Of a DNA stretch of 26,364 nucleotides, positions 9,108 to 18,158 are shown piece after piece. Made by a program: the position numbers and the translations under genes. Each line of letters begins with the position of its first letter. The stretch's first letter is position 1. Under the pieces are notes generated by a model, which worked only from the letters and a program-made list of their open reading frames with translations, ran no database searches and was not told the DNA's origin. Source of the stretch: Gammaproteobacteria bacterium. Lineage in GTDB: Bacteria > Pseudomonadota > Gammaproteobacteria > Burkholderiales > Burkholderiaceae_C. Where the stretch lies: the NCBI GenBank assembly GCA_030054245.1, contig JASGCH010000001.1, positions 1-26,364 of the forward strand, given 5' to 3'.

Positions 9108-12100
9108 ATGCCACTCATCGCACTGTTGGTACTCAGACCCGTTGCTTCCGTTCTCATTCTTTTGGGCTTGTGCTTTGCGGGTGCTTTAGCTTACTTTCAA
9201 TTGGCGGTAACACCTCTGCCGCACATTGAATTTCCTACGATATCCGTGAGTGCCTATATTCCAGGCGCCAGCCCAGAAACGATGAGCAACACGGTCGCAA
9301 CACCACTGGAACGGTTTTTAGGCACCCTAGAAGGCATTCGCGAACTTTCGTCTAACTCTTCTCAAGGGAGCACCCGTGTATCCATTCAGTTTAATCCTGA
9401 AAAAGATGTAAGCTTAGCAGAGAAGGAAGTACAAGCCGCTTTGCAAGCCGCCAGCTCTTCTTTATCAGCAGATCTACCTAACCCACCCACTTACCGTAAG
9501 GTCAACCCAGCGGATACCCCCATCCTTATTCTGGCTTTGATGTCTTCAGTGGTTAGTAGAGGTGAAATGTACGATTTAGCCACTACGACTTTAGGACAAA
9601 AATTATCCCAAATTCCGGGTGTCGGTCAGGTTACTTTTAACGGCGGTGCCTTGCCAGCCGTGCGCATCGATATATACCCCGAAGTTCTAGAGCTTTATAA
9701 AATATCTTTAGAAGAGGTCCGCCTCGCGGTCTTAGCCAACCATTCAAACCGGCCGAAAGGCATTATAGAACACTCAGACAAAAGTTGGCGTATTACCAGC
9801 AATAGCCATCTGACAAATGCCCAAGACTATGCCTCTATCATCGTTCGTTACCAAGATGAAAAACCCATCTATTTACGCGACTTAGCTCGCGTTTATCAAT
9901 CGGTACAAGATTTAAAAAATACGGGTTTGGTCAACGCCACCCCAGCAATTTCTATTTCCATCTACAAACAAGCCAACGCCAATGTCATTGAGACCATAGA
10001 CAAAATCAAAGAGCGCATGCCTCAATTTCAATCCATGTTGCCAGCAACCGTGGAGTTGCAAGCGGTACTCGATAGAACGACCAACTTGCGGGCATCTATC
10101 AACGAAATGCAAAAGGCTTTTCTATGGGCTTTGTTCTTGGTCATCGCCATCGTAGGCATTTTTTTGAAAAGACTAACCGCTACTGCGGTGGTCATTTTCA
10201 TTGTGCCAGCCACTCTGGCCACCACGGCGGTAACTATGTACTTCTTGCAATTTAGCCTCAATAACTTATCTATTTTGGCTCTGATCATCGCGATTGGATT
10301 TGTCATTGACGATGTCATCGTCGTGATCGAAAATATTTGTCGCAAAATAGATAGGGGCTTGGCTCCTCAAGAAGCAACCATTTCCAGTATGCAGGAAATT
10401 GGCTTTACGATTATAGGTATTAGTCTGGCTTTATGCGCAGTATTCTTACCCATTTTGTTAATGGGAGATATTTTGGGACAACTATTACACGAGTTTTCTG
10501 TGATCATTATATCTAGCGTCATCGCTTCCATGCTGATTGCCATCACCCTCACGCCAGCCCTATGTGCCCAATGGTTATCCAAACGCGCACATCCGCCGTC
10601 AAAACCACGCATAGGCTCAAAAGCTTGGAGAACGATCAGCCATCTAAGCCAAAAAATCTTGTTGTGGCATTTACGACACCAGTATATCGCTTGGCTGGCA
10701 CTCCTTTCCTTAACCGCAGGCAGTTATTTTTTGTTTCAACAACTCGATAAAATATTCTTTCCTCAGCAAGATACTGGACGCATTTTTGTGGTAACCCGAG
10801 CCGAACAAGGTAGTTCTTTCCAAAATATGCAAAGAACCTTAGAACAAGTGGTGGACATCGTACAACAAGACCCCGCCGTTGAGTATGTCAGCGGCAATGC
10901 TGGCAGTGGAGGTACAGCCACCATGGCCATTAGCTTAAAACCGCTGAAAATCAGGCAAGAGTCGGTACAAAAAATCATCAGTCGATTGCGCTTAAAACTC
11001 AATGCCATCGCCGGATTGCGTACTTTTTTAGTAGCCGGTCAAGATATGCGTATGGGAGCAATTGTCTCTAACTCCGAATTTCAGTACACCGTGAAAGCCG
11101 ACAGTTTAGAAGAGCTTCGCCGTTTCAGTCCACTGATTCGTAAAACCTTAGGTCATTTACCTGAACTAACCGATGTGGATTCAGAATACGAAGACAACAC
11201 CACCTTGACCTATTTGCACATTGATAGAGACGCCCTAAGCCGGTATGGCTTAAGCCTCAACTCGGTGTTAGCTTATATGCAGAATGCTTTTACGCAAAGA
11301 CTCATTGCTGTCATATACAACCCACTCAACCAATACCGCGTGGTGCTAGGGGTTGGGGAAAAATACTGGCAGGACGCATCGATCTTAGAGCAGATCAACT
11401 TACCCAATTCCCAAGGTGAATTGGTGCCTCTCACCAAAGTGGTACGCATACAACCCAAATTACAAAGCCAAACCGTCAGCCATGAAGGAGGTGTCCCCTC
11501 TAACACCTTTAGCTTTAATTTGGCTGACCAAGTCAGTTTATCAACAGCTTTAAATGCCATTCGACAAGCCATAGACGACTTAAACTTGCCAAGCTCTATT
11601 CGCAGTATTTACTCAGGGAGCGCCAACGCCTTGCAACGCTCCTTGGCCACTCAACCCCAATTTATAGCTTTGGCCTTAGTCGTTTTATTCATCGTATTGG
11701 GCATACTCTACGGCAATTTATGGCACCCCTTTTCGGTATTATCCACCTTGCCTATTGCCGCATTCAGTGCTTTTTTGGGTTTGTTGGTGAGTAATACCGC
11801 ATTTTCCGTCATTACTTTCATTGCCATGATGTTGTTGGTCGGGAGCTCGATGAAAAATGCCATCCTCATCAACGACAAAACTTTACAGCTCCAACAACTG
11901 GGGTTTTCCATCCACCCAGCAGTCTTTCTCGCCACCAAACAACGCATGCGACCTATGCTCATGACCACTATCGCCTCTAGTTTAACGGCACTACCCTTGA
12001 TTTGGGGGTACAATGAGGGAGCTGAAATCAGGCATCCCTTAGGTTACACTATGCTTATTGGGTTGTTCATGAGCCAATTGATGACTTTATATTTTACACC

Positions 12101-12182
12101 CTGCATCATCGTTTTTGTCGAACAATCCCGCCGCTACTTCAGATCCGTCCAGCGCCATGGCAAACTGTATCTCCCAAGATGA
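9108..12182 (+). CDS. RND efflux permease, MdtB/MdtC-like
   Basis: About 1024 aa with RPVA start, PTYRKVNPADTP, GFVIDDVIVVIENI, KNAIL and RMRPMLMTT. Start placed at ATG 9108; the track start at 9057 is inside a MITE. Confidence 0.9.
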   Translation: MPLIALLVLRPVASVLILLGLCFAGALAYFQLAVTPLPHIEFPTISVSAYIPGASPETMSNTVATPLERFLGTLEGIRELSSNSSQGSTRVSIQFNPEKDVSLAEKEVQAALQAASSSLSADLPNPPTYRKVNPADTPILILALMSSVVSRGEMYDLATTTLGQKLSQIPGVGQVTFNGGALPAVRIDIYPEVLELYKISLEEVRLAVLANHSNRPKGIIEHSDKSWRITSNSHLTNAQDYASIIVRYQDEKPIYLRDLARVYQSVQDLKNTGLVNATPAISISIYKQANANVIETIDKIKERMPQFQSMLPATVELQAVLDRTTNLRASINEMQKAFLWALFLVIAIVGIFLKRLTATAVVIFIVPATLATTAVTMYFLQFSLNNLSILALIIAIGFVIDDVIVVIENICRKIDRGLAPQEATISSMQEIGFTIIGISLALCAVFLPILLMGDILGQLLHEFSVIIISSVIASMLIAITLTPALCAQWLSKRAHPPSKPRIGSKAWRTISHLSQKILLWHLRHQYIAWLALLSLTAGSYFLFQQLDKIFFPQQDTGRIFVVTRAEQGSSFQNMQRTLEQVVDIVQQDPAVEYVSGNAGSGGTATMAISLKPLKIRQESVQKIISRLRLKLNAIAGLRTFLVAGQDMRMGAIVSNSEFQYTVKADSLEELRRFSPLIRKTLGHLPELTDVDSEYEDNTTLTYLHIDRDALSRYGLSLNSVLAYMQNAFTQRLIAVIYNPLNQYRVVLGVGEKYWQDASILEQINLPNSQGELVPLTKVVRIQPKLQSQTVSHEGGVPSNTFSFNLADQVSLSTALNAIRQAIDDLNLPSSIRSIYSGSANALQRSLATQPQFIALALVVLFIVLGILYGNLWHPFSVLSTLPIAAFSAFLGLLVSNTAFSVITFIAMMLLVGSSMKNAILINDKTLQLQQLGFSIHPAVFLATKQRMRPMLMTTIASSLTALPLIWGYNEGAEIRHPLGYTMLIGLFMSQLMTLYFTPCIIVFVEQSRRYFRSVQRHGKLYLPR

Positions 12183-12213
12183 CCCGTCTAAGCTCAATCT
12201 TTACCATCGCATA

Positions 12214-13605
12214 ATGCCTTACTGGATACTCTTTTTTATGGTAGGTACCTTGGTGGCTTGTCAAGTGCCCAAGTTACCCGCACCAGCCGACCTATCCTCC
12301 CCTTTACAATTACGCGCTTATGCCGACAAAATCGTCAATCCACAGCAGATCGACCATGACCAGCTTCATTGGTGGAGACATTTTGGCGACGCAGAACTCA
12401 ACGATTTACAAACGCTATTATCTAAACACTCGCCTAACCTAGAAATTTTAGCGGCTCAAATTCGTGCCGCCACAGCTTTGGTCGCCAGTACCAAGGCGAA
12501 TCCATACCCTGTAGTCAACCTAAGTACTTTCTCTTCTATCAGTAGCAATGCCAATACAGAGGCTTTGGTACGCAACTTTCAACCTAGTATCCCGATTTCT
12601 TGGCAAGTAGATGTCTGGGGACAAAACGACAAAAAAGTCCAACTCAATCAATCTGAAGTCTCCGCCCTACAAGCTGATTTTACCAGTGCCAAACTAGCCG
12701 CACAAAGCGATTTAGTACAGCTTTATTTTAACTTGAGAGCTTTGGATTATCAAACTTACCTCCAAAAGAAACTATGGCTTGCCTACCAACAAGCTGAAGC
12801 CGCGGTCTTGGCAAAACACCGCCTAGGCACAGCCTCTAGCTTAGATGTGGTGGTTTTACAAAAGCAAACGCAAACCCTAGCAACACACATTTTGGACTTA
12901 CAAACCGCGCGCGCACAAACTGAGCACGCCATGGTGGCATTGGTCGGTAAAACCCCGGCTGAACTGTCGATCCCGGCATGGCATGAGGACAAAGCCATGC
13001 AAAGCATTTCCCCCCTCCCCCCACTACCCCAAGAGATTCAAGCCGATATTTTAACCCGGCGCCCAGACTTACAAGCCGCCCAGTGGCGCGTACAAGAAGC
13101 TCATTTACAGCTAGGCATAGTACGCGACACATTCTTCCCTACCGTCAATTTTTCTTTGGCGCTAGGTTATCGATCGAACCAACTCGCCAACCTCGTCAAC
13201 GCCAGCAATACCTTTTGGTCACTAGGAGCCAACTCCTTAACTACCCTATTTGACTCTCAAGCCCGCCAAGCCAATTGGCAAATAGCTTATGCCAACTGGG
13301 AAAAATCCATAGCATTCTACCGTCTGCTCGTGATCAGTTCCTACCAAGCTTTAGAAGACAACCTAGTCAGCTACCAAAACCTCAGCTTAGAAATACCCTC
13401 AAGCCAACGCGCCTTAGAAGCCAGTGAAAAATACTTAAACCTCATCCAACAACAATACCACTTAGGTTATTTAGATGTCTTTGCCCTAACCACCGCCAAA
13501 ACGCAATACGCCAACGACCAGCTCCGCCATTACACAGTACTCAACCGTTTGCGCCTGACTGCCAGCCAATTGCTAGCACAGGGACTTATGTTACCTATAC
13601 CTTGA
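12214..13605 (+). CDS. Outer-membrane efflux lipoprotein (OMF, NodT/OprM family)
   Basis: Lipobox LVAC, SWQVDVWG and LTRRPDLQAA motifs. Start is uncertain (ATG 12214 chosen; ATG 12157 possible). Confidence 0.82.
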   Translation: MPYWILFFMVGTLVACQVPKLPAPADLSSPLQLRAYADKIVNPQQIDHDQLHWWRHFGDAELNDLQTLLSKHSPNLEILAAQIRAATALVASTKANPYPVVNLSTFSSISSNANTEALVRNFQPSIPISWQVDVWGQNDKKVQLNQSEVSALQADFTSAKLAAQSDLVQLYFNLRALDYQTYLQKKLWLAYQQAEAAVLAKHRLGTASSLDVVVLQKQTQTLATHILDLQTARAQTEHAMVALVGKTPAELSIPAWHEDKAMQSISPLPPLPQEIQADILTRRPDLQAAQWRVQEAHLQLGIVRDTFFPTVNFSLALGYRSNQLANLVNASNTFWSLGANSLTTLFDSQARQANWQIAYANWEKSIAFYRLLVISSYQALEDNLVSYQNLSLEIPSSQRALEASEKYLNLIQQQYHLGYLDVFALTTAKTQYANDQLRHYTVLNRLRLTASQLLAQGLMLPIP

Positions 13606-13628
13606 CTAGACCCAAGCTCCCCATACCT

Positions 13629-13855
13629 AAGACGGTAGTGCCATCAGCTGGTGCCGCTCGACGAGCTGTCAAAGTACAAGGCTGGAGGGAACACGCAACC
13701 AGCTTCATTTCCGAAGAGGATCATGGTGGATGCTCCCAGTCTCGCATATTGAGTATATGCGAGACTGGGAGCGAAAGCACCATGGATAGCACAACGAACT
13801 GGAGTACATACATAATGCAGTCATTTGGTAGTGCAGTAGGTTGCGCAACAGTCTT
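13629..13855 (+). mobile_element. Long-form (227 bp) palindromic MITE
   Basis: Degenerate left end AAGACGGTAGTGCC, right end GCGCAACAGTCTT; hairpin at 13732-13772 with loop TGAGT. Confidence 0.88.
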
Positions 13856-13898
13856 CACAATGTTATTCCAACTCTCTAACCATCTCTTCCTCGTTCAT

Positions 13899-13911
13899 GT
13901 GCAACAGTCTT
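13899..13911 (+). mobile_element. Solo right terminal inverted repeat
   Basis: GTGCAACAGTCTT, 43 bp beyond the previous element. Confidence 0.8.
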
Positions 13912-13931
13912 CTTATAGGTGTGTTTGCGGG

Positions 13932-14004
13932 AACTAACCAGCAAGCTCACCGGCGGCCATGGAGCGCAACGGAATTGCCACCGGTGCAACGCCCCTTGTT
14001 ATGT
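13932..14004 (-). other. Integron attC-like recombination site (73 bp)
   Basis: Minus strand reads ACATAAC...GTTGCACCGG...CCGGTGAGC...GTTAGTT, with R''/R' boxes and inner L boxes carrying an unpaired base. The MTase stop TAA lies inside R''. Confidence 0.75.
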
Positions 14005-14925
14005 GCCGGTCTTGAGTTCAAGGTTAGGCTGATAAATCTCTGGCAGACGCTCTTTGATTATTTCTACATATTTTACTTCTATTTCTATGCCAGTAAAATG
14101 ATAACCAAGCTGCTGAGCGGCTACTCATGTTGTACCACTCCCGGCAAACGGATCTAAAACAATGTTCTCTTTAGATTTTGGAACTAATGTAAGTATTAAC
14201 TTTTTATCAACTCCAGTGGCTTGACAGTACAGTGTGCGAATTTTTTTTTCGGATTTATTATAATAACCTTCGAAAATATTCGATTGAAAAGAGCCGTCTT
14301 CGTTGATTGTCTTAAATACACCAACACCTGTTTCTTGAAGCGTTTCCCAATAGTTGTTAAGAAGTGGTTTCTGAACTAACACAATGGATTCCCACTCGTT
14401 CCTGAAACAGGTATGCCAGCCATCCCATTTTTCCGCATCAGGATGGTTCATTTTTTCAAGTTTGCTATTGAGGTTTAGTCCTTTGGGAATACCAGAATGC
14501 CTACGGTAAACCAGAATATCTCGCGTATAAAACCCTACATCTTCCAGCGCAACTTGGATATGCGCCGCTGTCCTAGTGCTATTGAACACAGCAACGGGAG
14601 CGCCATGCTTACAAACCCTAAACAACTCTCGGCCCCATTGTTTACACCAATTGGTGTATTCAATAGTATTTTCCTGATTTCGTTCGTACCATCTAGCATT
14701 GCGTACTCCCCCCGCCAGTCCACTGCCGTAGGGTATATTTTTAACTAAAGTTTTACTGTCTTTGATTCGCTCTAGCCGCCGATTGATTTCCTTATTATCC
14801 CACTTGCGACCAATAAATTCATAGTTGTATGGCGGATCGGTGATACATGCCGCCATGGAGTCATTTGGCATTTCAGACATTACGGATACACAGTCACCTA
14901 AGATTATTTGATCTAAGTAATTCAT
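13999..14925 (-). pseudogene. Type II beta-class N4/N6 DNA methyltransferase, inactivated
   Basis: ITDPPY and VLDPFAGSGTT motifs. An in-frame TGA at 14125-14127 is followed by VAAQQLGYHFTGIEIE...GT*. The HCTVKP motif sits in a shifted frame between two homopolymer indels. Confidence 0.88.
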
Positions 14926-14927
14926 GA

Positions 14928-15640
14928 TCAACCCCTGGTAATAAAGAAGGTTTTTTGGTCGCTGTGGCAACGAAACCATTGATACAGATCAAAACCCGTC
15001 CTTCCCTTTAAATAATCGAATGTTGCCATTCCCGTGTAAACAGACCATCCACCTGCCTTGCAAGCTGTCATTGCAGACGGAAGATTATCTTCTCAAGACT
15101 GTTGCACAACCTCGACGAACTACCAAAGTGCAAGGCTTAGCGGAACGCAACCAGCGGAATTTACTCAAATGTAAATGAGCTGGTGAGTACCGCATAACGC
15201 AGTAATTTGGTAGTGCAGTCGGTTGTGCAACAGTCTTTTCTCGAAGACATAGAAACACAGGTCGATAACCATTCTCTTTCAGAAGGTATCCATACTGCTT
15301 GAACTTTTTCAAAGTTCCAGAATCACCGGAACCTACTCTATGTGTCAATAGCGTCCGTTCCGAGAACCAAGTAGCACAGTTCGTTACCACCCAATCTTAG
15401 AGCGCCGCTGAAATAAGAGCAAGTATTCTTGCAAAGTTCTACCACCAGAAGTTGCCAACACATTCCTAACTGCCTTCCCCAAAACTGTTTGTTTTCACGC
15501 TCCAACTCTTGCGTGATGCCAAATATCTCCATCAAAACATCTGTGGAGTCATCGTCATCCTCATAAACCTTATCGGAGAAGTTGCCTTGATATTTTTTGA
15601 GGATGTCTGAGAGATTTTTGTCAATGTCACTATGAGTCAT
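14928..15640 (-). pseudogene. Putative type II restriction endonuclease, broken by a frameshift and a MITE insertion
   Basis: AAGGA RBS then MTHSDID...DAIDT; frameshift near 15340 to RVGSGDSGTLKKFKQYG...LCLRE; MITE; then DNLPSAMTAC...FITRG*. The stop lies 2 bp before the MTase ATG. Nuclease function is inferred from context. Confidence 0.7.
15095..15237 (+). mobile_element. Short-form (143 bp) palindromic MITE with 5-bp target duplication
   Basis: Perfect 17-bp terminal repeats AAGACTGTTGCACAACC / GGTTGTGCAACAGTCTT; TTCTC at 15090-15094 and 15238-15242. Confidence 0.93.
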
Positions 15641-15665
15641 AGTTATCCTTTTTGATTTTATGGTC

Positions 15666-15678
15666 AAGACTGTTGCAC
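15666..15678 (+). mobile_element. Solo terminal inverted repeat 25 bp upstream of the nuclease pseudogene
   Basis: AAGACTGTTGCAC. Confidence 0.8.
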
Positions 15679-15779
15679 CTCGCGTGAGAGCGCGAAAGGT
15701 ATGCGTTCCTTTGCCTGAACGAGGGGACAAGCAAGAGCCGTGGGAGCAAGAAAACGACCACTTTTTTGCGTAATCTGGT

Positions 15780-16949
15780 TTAAAAGCTATAGCGATACAC
15801 CCGGGTATTTCTTGCTACAAAGCCCATACCTTGGTATAATTTGTGGGCTATTTCCCGGTCCGGTCTGGAGGTTAAATCTACATCCACTGCCCCCCATTCT
15901 TTAGACAGTTCCAAGGCTTTTGAGACTAATTTCTTGCTTATACCAAAACCACGCATTGTCTGATCAACCACCACATCGTTGATATGCGTGCGCAAAGCCG
16001 TTAGGTTAGCGTGTTGAATCAAGTTCAGCATTCCGACAATTTCCCCTTGATAGCGTGCCACTATTAAAGTTACATTCGAATTGCCTAGAAGCGTCTTTAT
16101 GTAGCCCAAGCTAGGGGGAGGGCGACTCGACAATTGCGGTATCAGGCTTTGGGAAGCCTGCCAAAATTCTTCGGCTTGCTCGGGTTGCACAGCAGATATT
16201 TCAAAGAGATCCGCCCATTTCTGGGTTAATATTTCTAGGTCATCTCTGGTATTAACCCCTCTCCAAGTCACATTTTCTTTAGGCATGCGTAGGCTACGCA
16301 CGGGCCATGCGCGTTCTCGAGCCAAACTGGCTATATCCGTCAAATAGTATTCATTTTGTTGGTTGTGGGGTGTCAGTAGAGGAATGAGTTGTTGCAGACA
16401 GCCCTTCGGTGCACACAAAATACCCGTATTGATGTGGTTGATGGTTTTTTCCTCTGGACTAGCGTCTTTTTCCTCTACGATGGTTTGAATATTGCCCAAG
16501 CGGTCTTCAACCACCCGACCATATCCATAAGACTCGTACACCTCAGCGGTTAAAAACACTAGGCTATTTTCTTGTTGTGATTGCTGTACCAGTTGGCGGC
16601 ACCAAGATAGGTCGATGAGTGGCACATCCCCGTATAACACCAAACAATGGTTTGCCGGATCAAGTTTGGCTAAACTAGCCCGCACCGCGTCTCCAGTGCC
16701 TCGGGGTACGGGTTGCTCAACAAATTGAATAGGCTCAAACTCCTCCAGCGAGGAACGCACTTGTTGTTGCTCAAAACCCACCACCACCAACAAGTTTGCA
16801 GGGTGTAATTTTTGGGCAGTTCGGATGACATGATGAAGTAACGGTATTCCCGAAAGCTCGTATAAGACTTTAGGTAAACTCGGCTCCCCTGCTTTTTGCA
16901 TACGCTTGCCTTGTCCAGCCGCTAAGATCACAATATCTAAGCCATTCAT
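15780..16949 (-). CDS. Fusion of a GlmU-type GlcNAc-1-P uridylyltransferase domain and a C-terminal GNAT acetyltransferase
   Basis: LAAGQGKRM, GTGDAV, YGDVP, YGRV, IVEEKD, EYYLTD and GVN in aa 1-about 245; HINDVVVDQTMRGFGISKKL...LYQGMGF in the C-terminal 140 aa; no hexapeptide repeats. Confidence 0.85.
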   Translation of the reverse strand: MNGLDIVILAAGQGKRMQKAGEPSLPKVLYELSGIPLLHHVIRTAQKLHPANLLVVVGFEQQQVRSSLEEFEPIQFVEQPVPRGTGDAVRASLAKLDPANHCLVLYGDVPLIDLSWCRQLVQQSQQENSLVFLTAEVYESYGYGRVVEDRLGNIQTIVEEKDASPEEKTINHINTGILCAPKGCLQQLIPLLTPHNQQNEYYLTDIASLARERAWPVRSLRMPKENVTWRGVNTRDDLEILTQKWADLFEISAVQPEQAEEFWQASQSLIPQLSSRPPPSLGYIKTLLGNSNVTLIVARYQGEIVGMLNLIQHANLTALRTHINDVVVDQTMRGFGISKKLVSKALELSKEWGAVDVDLTSRPDREIAHKLYQGMGFVARNTRVYRYSF

Positions 16950-16958
16950 ATACTCCCC

Positions 16959-17945
16959 CTACCCCTGCATTTGTTGCCACATTTGCAAATCCCGTTCAGC
17001 CGTCCAGATTCTGGGGTGCTTAATGCCACTTGCTTCATCATAAGCCCGACTGACATCAAAAGGCAAACAATGTTCATACAAAAAAACCTTAGCAAACACT
17101 GGGTCCATTTGTTGTCTGGTAAGTTCCATCGCTTGTTTAAGATTGAGTTGTTGTTGGACGGCTTGTTGGGCACTTTGCCACAAAATCTCAATCCACCTTT
17201 TGGTAAAATCTAGTCCTCGATTGACTTCTACAGACCCGCTTAATGCCGTACCTCGCCCTGGCACCAAGTGTTCCGGGGACAATAATCGCAATTGCTCTAA
17301 AGTATGGGGCCATTCTGCCAATTGGGCATCCCCAGTATAAACACCGGCGTCGCACTCTACCAAATCCCCACTAAACAATACCCTTTCACTTTCCAGCCAA
17401 ACAATCGTATCACCACGCGTATGGCCAGCCCCTGGGTGCCAAATTTCTACCGTGATACCCCCTAAATCCACACGCAGGGCGCTATCTCTGCCAACCGCTT
17501 TGGCACTGCCGCCAATAACCAAGGTTGGATAAGTCAAGCCTGGGATACTATCCACCCCACGAAACAACCTAGGAAACCTCTCAATTTCACTGCGCATATC
17601 TTGTGCGCCGCGTTCTTGAATCATTTCCCAAGTGGGGTAACTGGCAATAATCTCCGACAAGCCTTCGGCAACAAATCCTTGAGCACCCAATACCCGCACC
17701 GCATGGTAATGCGATAAAACAATATACTTAATCGGCAAATCACTAATTTGGCGAATTTCTTGGATCAGCTTTTGGGCCATCTCTGGAGTCGCAGTACAGT
17801 CGCAAACCAAAATAGCCTTTTGACCTATAATGACCCCTGAATTAGGGTCACCTTCGGCGATATAAGCCCAACAATGGGGGCTCATCTGAACAAGTTTAAT
17901 ATTTTGTTCACCCCAATCCGCTTGACTGGCAAATGTTTTATTCAT
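16959..17945 (-). CDS. MBL-fold metallo-hydrolase
   Basis: SHYHAVR (variant HxHxDH), GHTRGD and LFSGDLVE motifs; probably co-transcribed with the GlmU-GNAT gene (9-bp gap, GGAG RBS). Confidence 0.85.
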   Translation of the reverse strand: MNKTFASQADWGEQNIKLVQMSPHCWAYIAEGDPNSGVIIGQKAILVCDCTATPEMAQKLIQEIRQISDLPIKYIVLSHYHAVRVLGAQGFVAEGLSEIIASYPTWEMIQERGAQDMRSEIERFPRLFRGVDSIPGLTYPTLVIGGSAKAVGRDSALRVDLGGITVEIWHPGAGHTRGDTIVWLESERVLFSGDLVECDAGVYTGDAQLAEWPHTLEQLRLLSPEHLVPGRGTALSGSVEVNRGLDFTKRWIEILWQSAQQAVQQQLNLKQAMELTRQQMDPVFAKVFLYEHCLPFDVSRAYDEASGIKHPRIWTAERDLQMWQQMQG

Positions 17946-17972
17946 AAAAGTCCTAACTACAATGATCCATAA

Positions 17973-18007
17973 AAGACGGTTGCACCATCGGCTGGTGCAA
18001 CCGTCTT
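17973..18007. mobile_element. 35-bp mini MITE (perfect 14-bp arms)
   Basis: AAGACGGTTGCACC atcggct GGTGCAACCGTCTT; the same T-to-G change is present in both arms. Confidence 0.85.
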
Positions 18008-18158
18008 TTCATTATATCCTAAAAACTGTTGCTTCCTGCACACTTCACTCACCATGTCTGCAAACCACCTTCTCCTATAGGCTAAACCCGCCCTAAGGCA
18101 GTGATTGGTAGCCGGCCGCCATGCCACAACGCTGATAACCCCAGCATACTCCTTCGAT

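Noticed and set aside
14125-14127. TGA recoding (alternative genetic code) in the MTase
   Set aside because: mod, fic, res and the RND gene all end at TGA at the expected positions, so a nonsense mutation or sequencing error is simpler.
15095-15237. Tn7/Mu-like TGT...ACA ends inside the TIR
   Set aside because: The bases outside TGT/ACA (AAGAC/GTCTT) are inverted, not direct, and the 5-bp duplication lies outside AAGAC.
18022-18034. AAAACTGTTGCTT as another MITE end
   Set aside because: Only about 10 of 13 bases match and no internal module follows, so it is too weak to call.
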